Source: Ureaplasma parvum serovar 3 str. ATCC 27815
GTDB taxonomy: Bacteria; Bacillota_I; Bacilli_A; Mycoplasmatales; Mycoplasmoidaceae
Direction: 5' to 3'
Length of the DNA stretch: 32,000 bases
Assembly: GCF_000019345.1 (NCBI RefSeq)
Contig: NC_010503.1
Span: 420,001 to 452,000 of the forward strand
A program made the translations under genes and the position numbers. Shown here in pieces: positions 23,146 through 32,000 of this stretch. How positions within the stretch are numbered: the stretch's first letter is position 1; each line of letters begins with the position of its first letter. Below the pieces are notes generated by a model. It was given only the letters and a program-made list of their open reading frames with translations. It had not been told where the DNA came from and did not search any database.

Positions 23146-23579
23146 TTATTGGTACTTATAATCATTCAATTGATTCAAAGAATCGTATGTTAGTTCCATC
23201 AAAAGTTAAAGCAACATTAGGTGAAGCCATTTTTGTTTATTTATCACTTGGTTTTGATGGAAATATAGATATGAGATTAGAGAGTGAATTTAATCAATTC
23301 GTTAACAATATTAATAATTTATTAATTGGTTCAAAAGAAGCGCGAAATCTTACAAGATTAATATTAAGCCAAACTTATAAAATAGAAATCGATAGTGCGT
23401 CAAGAATTTTAATACCTCAAAACCTTATTGATAAAGCTAAAATTAAAAAAGATATTTATATTATTGGAACAAATGATCGATATGAAATTTGGGCTAAAGA
23501 AGTTTATGATGATTTTAGCTTAAATCAAGAAAGTACGCTAAGTGATTTAGCTGAAAAATTATTAATTAATGGAATTTAA
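23142..23579 (+). CDS. mraZ: transcriptional regulator MraZ
   Basis: 145 aa with the two SpoVT/AbrB-like halves carrying DxxxR motifs (DSKNRMLVPSK and DSASRILIPQ). First gene of the dcw cluster. Confidence 0.9.
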   Translation: MFIGTYNHSIDSKNRMLVPSKVKATLGEAIFVYLSLGFDGNIDMRLESEFNQFVNNINNLLIGSKEARNLTRLILSQTYKIEIDSASRILIPQNLIDKAKIKKDIYIIGTNDRYEIWAKEVYDDFSLNQESTLSDLAEKLLINGI

Positions 23580-24495
23580 TCAACACATTACCGTTTTATT
23601 AAACGAAACAATCGAATTATTAAATATTAAACCAGATGGCATTTATGTTGATTGTACATTTGGTCGTGGCGGACATTCACAACTCATCTTAAAAAAACTC
23701 TCAAAAAAAGGTAAATTAATTTGTTTAGATCAAGATCAAGAAGCAATTAATTTTGCAAATAATTTATTTAAAAATAATACAAATGTAATTGTTATTAAAA
23801 CAAACTTTAAAAATTTAAAATCAGCATTAAGTGCACATAAAATTTTTTATGTTGATGGCTTTATCTTTGATTTAGGTTTATCAAGTCCACAACTTGATGA
23901 TCCAAAAAGAGGTTTTAGTTATCATAAGAATGCTTGATTAGATATGCGAATGGATCAATCGCAAAACTTAAATGCTCACTATATTGTTAATAATTATTCT
24001 TTTGCAAAATTAGTAAGTATTTTTAAACGATATGGAGAAATAAAATATCCAAAAATTATTGCTGATGCAATTGTTAAAGAACGCAGTATTAAAGAGATTA
24101 ATACAACATTGGAATTAGTTGAAATCATTAAAAAATATTCTCCTAAAAAAAATTTATTTGAAAAAAAACATCCTGCACGTTTATTTTTTCAAGCAATTAG
24201 AATAGAAGTTAATGATGAATTAAACATTTTAGAAAAAGCATTTAATGATGCTATTTCAATGTTAAATCCCTTAGGTGTTGTGGCAATTATTAGCTTTCAT
24301 AGTCTTGAAGATAAAATTGTTAAAAAGGTCTTTAATAATTATGCAAAAATTAAATTACCTAAAGAAGTCCCAATAAATAATTATGTAAATAAATATAGTT
24401 TATTGAATCAAAAAATTATGCCAAGCACCCAGGAACTAAATGATAACAATCGTTCACGATCATCTATTTTAAGGGGATTAATTAGAAATTATTAA
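23569..24495 (+). CDS. rsmH: 16S rRNA (cytosine1402-N4)-methyltransferase RsmH/MraW (308 aa)
   Basis: YVDCTFGRGGHS SAM-binding motif and FDLGLSSPQLD. Fragments 23569 and 23944 are in the same frame, joined by TGA. Overlaps mraZ by 11 nt. Confidence 0.9.
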
Positions 24496-24513
24496 AAATG
24501 GAGGATTTTATTT

Positions 24514-25695
24514 ATGAACAAACCAATGTGTTTGCTTCGTTTAGATAATTATTATTTTACATTGTTGGTATTTATTTATAATGATGTAACTAAAGTTAAT
24601 GATTTAATTTTTATAAAATCTATTCCAAACAATAATCAAAATAATTATGAATCATCAAATTTTTTGCAAACAGATTTAAAAATCCAACTTAATACATTGA
24701 TTAACTGTTTTAAAAAAGAATTGCACATTAATTTTATTGATGAAATTATTGTTAGTTATGGTTTTAGTAGCTTTCAAACTACACATACTACTTTTTATAA
24801 CTATAATGAATTTATGAAATTAAGATCAAATTTTAATAATGAACACAGTGAATTATTAAGTTCAGATCAAAAAAGTTATATAGCAGTTGATTTTGGAATA
24901 AGCCACTATTCTAAAGAAAATAGTTATAAGTTGATTTCATATTATATTTTGAAATATGATTATCAATTAATAATTGATTTGTGCCAATCATTTAATTTAA
25001 AAATTAAGCAATTTATAGTTTCACAAGCTCATTTAAACGGTTTAAAATTTGATAATGAAGATAATAAAACTTCATTATTATTAGAATTAGAAAATTTTAA
25101 AATAAATTTTAGAACTTATAATGAATATAATTTAATTAGTAATGTTATTAGTGAGACAAAAAACCACTTTTGCCTGGCTGATATCATTACTCAAACAGCA
25201 CAATCATTAAATATTAATCCTAAAAAGATTGAGAGCTACTTTAATGATATTAATTATAATAATAAAAAAGTTATTGAAATTAATATTGATCCTAAAGAGT
25301 TGTTTACTTATAGTTTTATTTGTGGTGCGGATATTGAAAATACTTTTTTAAAAATTTTTAAAGAACATTTTGAAAAAAGTATTTTATCTCAATTTGATCA
25401 TCCATTACTAGATTTTAATCCAAAGAATTTAGCCTTTCTTTTTATTAACACTCCTTTCAATAATTTAAATAAGATATTTTATTATTTTTTTAGTTCATAT
25501 TTTAAAGAAGTTAAAATTGAAGTTTTTCAAAATAAATTTTTTATTTATTCAAATTGTTATGAATATAGTAATAGTCAAGCCCTAGCTAAGCAAGATTTTT
25601 ACAATGTACATAACATGAAAAATTTTGATAGCTTTAGCAATGAAAATATCCTAACAAAGATGCATGATCAAACAATAAACATAAAAAATTTTTAA
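24514..25695 (+). CDS. hypothetical protein occupying the FtsA/MG223-like third position of the mollicute dcw cluster (393 aa)
   Basis: Uninterrupted ORF with GGAGG 8 nt upstream of the ATG. No motif I can assign confidently; the call is positional only. Confidence 0.5.
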   Translation: MNKPMCLLRLDNYYFTLLVFIYNDVTKVNDLIFIKSIPNNNQNNYESSNFLQTDLKIQLNTLINCFKKELHINFIDEIIVSYGFSSFQTTHTTFYNYNEFMKLRSNFNNEHSELLSSDQKSYIAVDFGISHYSKENSYKLISYYILKYDYQLIIDLCQSFNLKIKQFIVSQAHLNGLKFDNEDNKTSLLLELENFKINFRTYNEYNLISNVISETKNHFCLADIITQTAQSLNINPKKIESYFNDINYNNKKVIEINIDPKELFTYSFICGADIENTFLKIFKEHFEKSILSQFDHPLLDFNPKNLAFLFINTPFNNLNKIFYYFFSSYFKEVKIEVFQNKFFIYSNCYEYSNSQALAKQDFYNVHNMKNFDSFSNENILTKMHDQTINIKNF

Positions 25696-25722
25696 TAGAA
25701 ATATAAAAAGTATACAATTATT

Positions 25723-25755
25723 AAAAAAACTCATTTTTATGAGTTTTTTGTTTTT
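25723..25755 (+). terminator. rho-independent terminator closing the dcw operon
   Basis: aaaaaaactcat tttt atgagtttttt: perfect stem extended by A/T pairing, followed by a T-run, 28 nt after the stop at 25695. Confidence 0.7.
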
Positions 25756-25790
25756 ATAATATATGAAAGATAGGATGTGATTTTGTTTAT

Positions 25791-26666
25791 ATGGCGTTAA
25801 GTAAACACAGTATTGGTTTGATTAAAAATTTAAAGAATAAAGGATTGACTATTAAAAATAAAGAAAAATTCATTAGTTTCTTGTTTAATTATGGAGTCAT
25901 AAGAGTTATAGATGGTTATTCATTTTTTTTAAAAAAAGATAATCAATATGTAAAAGGCTTAAAAAGTAAGGATTTAATTAATTTTGTTTTATTAGATCGT
26001 AAAATTGCTAATTTAATGGGTGATTGTATTATGCTATTTGAACAACAATTAAATGCTATTGTTGTTCAAAATTTTTTAAAGATCAATAATTTAAATTCAA
26101 AATATGTTATAGATATGCGAACAGATCCTTTTATAAAATTTGAATCACCAAAACATTATGAAATATTATCAGAAAATATTTACACATATGCTAATTCTTC
26201 TAATTTGTTAAGTCAATTTAATACTAACGCACAAGAAATTCCTTTAATTAATTTAGCATTATCATGAACATTAAATACCACTATTGGCTTTTATCGTGCA
26301 GTTGATAATAATGTTCAAATTAGTGTTTTAGAGTATTTTCAATTAAATCATATTACACCATTAGAATTTATTGATATTTTACATATCATAAAACATTTTC
26401 GTAATAGTATTTCTCATAACGATATGGTAATTACTAATAGTTTCAATGATAACGTAGGTGCATTTGCTAAATCATTAAAATTAAAAAGTATTAAAAAAGT
26501 AGTGGGATTTTTAGATGTTGCGGCTTTTTTAACGGCGTTTACAAACGATAAATTTCATGTTTTAAATGGTAATTTACACATCAAAATTTTACAAGCAATT
26601 AAAAAAGCAAAATTCAAAGGCGTTGTTTTAGAACATATTAATAATTTATTAGGAGTTGAAGATTAA
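25791..26666 (+). CDS. Abi_2 family (AbiD/AbiF-like) abortive-infection protein (291 aa)
   Basis: Fragments 25791 and 26424 are in the same frame, joined by one TGA. Abi_2-like landmarks: LKNKGLTI...FNYGVIRVIDGYSFF, LLDRKIANLM...FEQQLNAIV, LSWTLNTTIGFY and the C-terminal FRNSISHND (RN-x-x-x-H). TATAAT at 25755-25760 upstream. Confidence 0.7.
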
Positions 26667-26670
26667 AATT

Positions 26671-29600
26671 ATGCAAGATCAAGGAGTAAATAACAAGGCA
26701 ATTAAGCAAAAAGTCTTAAATTTACTATCAACTGATACGCGTGATAGTTGTATAAGAACACGCTTAACAAAATACCATTTAGATATTAGTCACACTTTTA
26801 ATAAATATGAACTTCAAGATTTTATTGAAGGTAAAATTAACATTCTTAAAATTAGAAATTTTATTAACATCAATACGTTTGAAAATGATGTTAAAAATAT
26901 AAATTCAATGGATGAATTGATTGATTATTTACAGGATTTCAATTTAAAACTAAAAGATCTTTTATCGACACGTAAAATTAATGAATGGAGCCAAGACTTT
27001 GTATTTTATAAAAATGAACGAATTGCTGATATGATTAAAGCGATTGAAAGTCAACCAAAAAAATTTGAATATTTAAGTCGTGAAGCACGCAATATTTATG
27101 CGCAAACAGGTGTTTGACCTTTATATATAGCTAAAAATTTTTTGATTGGTACAACACCTAAAGCTTCAAATATTAACGCGCCCTTAATTTTTGTTGATGT
27201 TGAGATTAAAAAATATAATGGTGAAATTTTTTTAAAACGAAAAAATACTAATTTTATTGTTAACGAAAAAATACTATCTTTTTTAAAAAATGATTATAAA
27301 AATAATATCGTTTCTTTAAATGAAATTAAAAACTTTAGTTATTTAGAAATTCAAACTCTAATTAAAAAAATAATACTAAAAGATCATTTAGAATCGATTA
27401 TTAATAATAATGAATTTCTAAACTTAAAACAAAATGAAATTAATGAGCAATTTAATAACTTTTTTTTATATGATGCATATGTTTTAGGAATTTTTGAGCC
27501 CCATGGAGGAGCGATTAAAAATGACTTAGAAGTGATTATTAGTAATAATATTGATCCTTTTGACGAAGAAATAAATAATGTTAATCAACAAATTTATTAT
27601 AAAAACTATCATTTTTTAGCAGAAGAAAATAAGCTTCCTTTAATCCAAATTAATCGTCCTTTAAATATTTTTCAAAAGTATGCTATTCATTCAGGATTAG
27701 TTAAAAATACTTTAATATATGGACCGCCTGGAACGGGAAAATCAGAGGTGATTGCAAGTATTATTGCAAACGTAATTAATGATTTAAAATCGATTTTAAT
27801 TATTTCGGAGAAAAAAGCTGCTTTAGATGTATTACATGAAAGATTAGCTAAAATTAATTTTTTCACACTTTTTATTTATGATACAAATAATGATGATCAA
27901 TTTTATAATAACATTTTTAATTTAATTGAAAAAATAGGAGGATTGCGTTTTATTGAGAATCAAGATTTAAACCAATTCAATGATTTTAAATATAAAAATA
28001 ATATTATTTCAAACATTTATTATAAAAAGATTCATGAATTAAAAAAAGAAATTATTAATATTACATCTTTAATTAAAAATTTACATAATGAAAAAGATAA
28101 TAATGATAATAATTTTGCTAATTATTTGTATTGATTATCACGCTTTAATGAAGTAGAAATTAGATTTATTAACGATCCATTATTGATCAATGAAATTAAT
28201 AATTTAATTGAGAATTATTCTTATAATTTTGATGAAATTATTACACACGTTAAAGCTAGTTATGATTTTTTTAAAAAATATAATTATGAATTTTCTAAAA
28301 ATAATTTTTTAAAATTTAAAGAAGAAAGCGAACAATTAAATAAATTACAAATTGATTTTAATTTAATTACAAAATCTTTATATCAATCACAAACTTTTCT
28401 ACCACGTATTAAGTTGTTAGAAAGCTTTTTAGTTAAAAATAATATGACTTTAACAAGTCTTATATATGATGATGTTAACTTGTTAAGTAATACATATGTT
28501 GAAGCTAATGAGTTTTATACAAACTTTAATCATCTTTTAAAAGATGATTTTAAAAAATTTATTGAAGATAATATAAAAAGTCATTCATTGTTTTTTAGTC
28601 ATTTAAATACTTTAAAAAATAATGAATGAACTTATGCTTTTGAGCAATATTTATTAATAAATAATCCATTTGCTAAAAAAGGTTTATTTAAAAAAATTAA
28701 AGGTGATGAAAAAAAATTATGAAAACAACTTGATCTACTTAAAATATATATTAATAATCCTTTTTTATCAAAATTTAGCTTTGATTTTTTAGAAGATTTA
28801 ATCAAACAACCAATAGAGATTTTCAATGTTGAAAATCTTGTTTATTTAAATAACAAACATTTATTAAATAAAGCATACGTTAAAGATTTATATGAGAATG
28901 CTTTTGATAAGAATTTATCATATGAACTAATTTATGGCCTTAAAGATTTAAAATTAAATAGTGAGCAATATGATATTATTAAAAATTTAATTAAATATCA
29001 AAACGAAGTTTTAGTTAATTATCAATTCATTAAAAATACTGATTTTTTTAATTTGTGTAAAAAATTAAGAGATGCAAATATTCAATTTTCTAAAAATGCT
29101 GATGAAATTATTTACAATAACTATTTAGATTATTTGCAAATTAAATTAGTTACTGCTCCTAAACAAATCCAAACAAAAATTAAAGAAATTGCGCAAATTT
29201 GTCGTTTAGCAAAAAAACCTAATATTGTGAAATTTATTTTAAAATATTATGAAATTTTACGTTTTCTTTTCCCTATTTGAATTAGTAAACCAGAACTTGT
29301 TAGTGAGATGTTACCATTAATAAGTAAGAGTTTTGATTATGGAATTTTTGATGAGGCTTCTCAGATGTTTTTAGAACGTTCTTATCCTTCAATCTATCGT
29401 TGTAATATTAATATTGTTGCAGGCGATGATAAACAATTATGCCCTACTAATTTTTTTATTAATCGTCAAGAAAATGAAAACGATGAGTTTGAATTAGCAG
29501 ATGTAGATGTTGCAGAAAGTTTATTAGATCGTGCTAAAACTGCTCTATGGTCAGAATATTTATTAAAAAACCACTATCGTTCTAATCGAGAAGATTTAAT

Positions 29601-30525
29601 TAGTTTTAGTAACGATAATATTTATAATGGCGATTTACATTTTGCATCTAAAAATGGGTTATTTGATCCAGGAATGGAAATTATAGATGTTGAAGGTGTA
29701 TTTGAAAATGAAAATGTTATTGAAGCACAAAAAATTATGGAGGTTTTAAAAGAACGAGCAGCCAATTATCAAAAAATTATTGTTATAACTTTTAATATCA
29801 AACAAAGTGAATTAATTGAAAATTTAATACTACAAACTTTTAGTTTTAATGATGTTGTTTATCAACGTTTTGAGAATGATGAAATTATTGTTACTAATTT
29901 AGAAAACGTTCAAGGTAATGAAGCTGATTTAGTAATTTTATCGGTTACTTATGCCAAAAATAAAGAAGGAATTTTACGCAATAATTATGGCCCATTAATG
30001 AAAAAAGGTGGTGCTAATCGGTTAAATGTAGCGATTACAAGAGCAGCAGATAAAATGATTGTTGTTAAATCAATTAAAGCTGTGGATATGATGGTTAATA
30101 TTAATAATGATAATATTAGGACTTTTAAAAATTTTATTGGTTATTGTGATGAAATTGTTCATTTGACTAATCAAAATAAATTTAATGATTGTAGTCATTT
30201 TGATGAAGAATTTTTAACAAGTTTAGAAAAAACCATATTGAAAATTTTAAAAGATTATAAAAAAACAAATCAACAAATTTTATATAAACTAAAAATTGGT
30301 AATTTTAAAATCACTTTTGCTTTATATAATGAAGAAAAACAAAAAATCGATTTACTTATTTTTATAGAAGAGTTTAATGAATGAAAATCATATAATCTTT
30401 TAGAAATTTATGATCAATTTAACTTCTTAATGGATCGTGGTTATAAAACAATCGTTATTAATGATTATGAAATTTGTTTAAACTATAATCAAGTTAAAAA
30501 TAATATTATTAAATTAATTGATTAA
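26671..30525 (+). CDS. DUF4011-type SF1 (Upf1/DNA2-like, AAA_11/AAA_12) helicase with C-terminal Vsr/DUF559-like endonuclease-fold domain (1284 aa; alternative TTG start at 26656)
   Basis: Five track fragments (26656, 27142, 28183, 29053, 29308) and the untracked stretch 28627-29052 form one frame broken only by TGA. DUF4011-like GVWPLYIAKNFLIG...NAPLIFVDVEI. Walker A GPPGTGKS (27721-27744). DEASQ (29350-29364). GDDKQLCPT. HYRS. VQGNEADLVILS. NRLNVAITRA. The tail KITFALYNEEKQKIDLLIFIEEFNEW...DQFNFLMDRGYKTIVIND resembles the DUF559 pattern. Confidence 0.8.
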
Positions 30526-30585
30526 TATATATTATTAAATTGTTAAAATTTATGAAATATTTATTATCTTTTCTGGAGGTTTAAT

Positions 30586-31401
30586 TTGAATTTAAAGTCA
30601 TTTGAATTTTTAAAAGGTGATGCAATTGTTGATAACCAAATAAAAAAAGCTATTAATACTAGTTTGATTAAAGCATCATTTTCATGTGCAATTATGTGTA
30701 TATTAGTTCTTATTTTTGGTTTTTTAATGCGAAAATATTTATTTTATTTTTCAGATGCATCTAGTTTAATTATTAGCTCTCGTTTGATTTTTCAAATAAT
30801 TACAATCATTGTTGCTACTTTATCAATTGTCTATTTTATTGTTCATTTAATCATTTACTTTAGACAAAGAAATAATTTTTTAGCTCCTAAATTTGCATGA
30901 TCAATCATATTGTATCTATTGGATGGTATTACAATGTGTTTTATGATTAGTTATGTAGCGGCGATTGTAGGATTAGATTTGACGTTAATAGCCATTGGAA
31001 TTAGTTTATCAATCATTGTCGCAATGGGAATACTAGGTTTTATTATGAATCATAAAATTGCTTTTAAATTAGGCATTGCTAATATCGTTTTATTTACTAT
31101 TGCTACAATTGGTTCAATTATTTTATTGATTGTATTTTTTACAACGAGATATAACCATACTGGTTTTAACAAAGGTGTTATTATTGCTGACATTGTATTA
31201 AGTATTATTTGATTGCTCGCTTTAAGTATTGGTTTTGCTTCGACGATTTACATTATTAAAGTAATGGCCGAACATCATAATTTAGATAATAAAAAAATAA
31301 TGCGTGATTTTACAACTTGAAATAGTTATTTACTATTTGCTTCATTCAATCGTATTTTATTATATGTAATTCGTTTGTTTTTATTGTTTAAAAGAGTATA
31401 A
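30586..31401 (+). CDS. multi-pass membrane protein, possibly BAX-inhibitor-1/YccA family (271 aa)
   Basis: TTG start with GGAGG 6 nt upstream. Fragments 30586 and 30910 are in the same frame through TGA. About 7 hydrophobic spans. The C-terminal NSYLLFASFNRILLYVIRLFLLF loosely resembles the BI-1 C-terminal motif. Confidence 0.5.
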
Positions 31402-31405
31402 ATAT

Positions 31406-31432
31406 AACAGGTTTGTTTAAACCTGTTTTTTT
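31406..31432 (+). terminator. rho-independent terminator
   Basis: aacaggttt gttt aaacctgtt: perfect 9-bp stem followed by T7, 5 nt after the stop. Confidence 0.75.
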
Positions 31433-31507
31433 ATGACAATACATTTATTTTTTAGCACTCATTATTTTAAAGTGCTAAAATTATAATAGTAAAGTAGGTG
31501 ATTATTT

Positions 31508-32000
31508 ATGGAATTTAAACAAAAAAACTCAAACAATCCATTAGAGGAATTTGGACGTAATTTAAATAAGGAAATTTTAGATAATAAAATTGACCCCATT
31601 ATCGGTCGAGATGAAGAAATTAGAAGAACCATTGAAATTCTAAGTCGTAAAACTAAGAATAATCCTGTCTTAATTGGTGAACCTGGTGTTGGTAAAACAG
31701 CAATTGTTGAGGGGCTTGCATACCGAATTGTTCATAAAGATGTTCCTTCAAACTTATTAGATAAAACAATTATTGAATTATCATTATCATCTTTAATTGC
31801 AGGCGCTAGTTATCAAGGCCAGTTTGAGGAACGAATTAATAGTATTTTAAAAGAAGTCAAAAAAGCAGATGGTAATATCATTTTGTTTATTGATGAAATA
31901 CATCAAATTGTTGGTATGGGTAGAAATCAAGGTTCAAATATGGATGTTGCTAATATTTTAAAACCAATGATGGCAAGAGGAGAAATCAAATTAATTGGCG
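31508..32000 (+). CDS. clpB: ATP-dependent chaperone ClpB, 5' part (continues beyond the window)
   Basis: [74 protein letters not shown] (first AAA+ Walker A). AGGTG 7 nt upstream. Short N-terminus, as in mollicute ClpB. Confidence 0.9.
   Translation, partial: MEFKQKNSNNPLEEFGRNLNKEILDNKIDPIIGRDEEIRRTIEILSRKTKNNPVLIGEPGVGKTAIVEGLAYRIVHKDVPSNLLDKTIIELSLSSLIAGASYQGQFEERINSILKEVKKADGNIILFIDEIHQIVGMGRNQGSNMDVANILKPMMARGEIKLIG

Overview
AT-rich Mollicutes (Mycoplasma-type) chromosome read with genetic code 4. Every housekeeping gene appears in the standard-code ORF track as same-frame fragments separated only by TGA, and joining them gives full-length proteins. Order: upstream gene tail, alaS, ruvX, leuS (+); a decayed IS3-family element (-); a variable surface-lipoprotein locus (7.3-10.0 kb); polC and a lipoprotein (+); a minus-strand block of der, gpsA, uvrC, a flavodoxin-like reductase and a choline-kinase-fold kinase; a ComEC-like membrane protein; the dcw cluster mraZ, rsmH and one divergent ORF with no ftsZ; an Abi_2-like gene coupled to a 1284-aa DUF4011 SF1 helicase-nuclease; a multi-pass membrane protein; and the 5' part of clpB. 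Two regions stand out. (1) The lipoprotein locus looks like a vsa-type inversion shufflon: one promoter, signal-peptide and N-terminal module lies between inverted copies of a 24-35 bp in-frame site, and a third copy lies further on. Each site precedes a different promoterless 3' cassette, one carrying about 40 perfect 18-bp repeats. (2) The Abi_2 and helicase-nuclease operon sits behind a terminator where ftsZ would be expected and is a candidate undescribed two-gene defence module. No rRNA, tRNA or CRISPR was recognised. All family calls rest on motifs read by eye; no searches were run. Hand-derived CDS ends may be off by a few nt.
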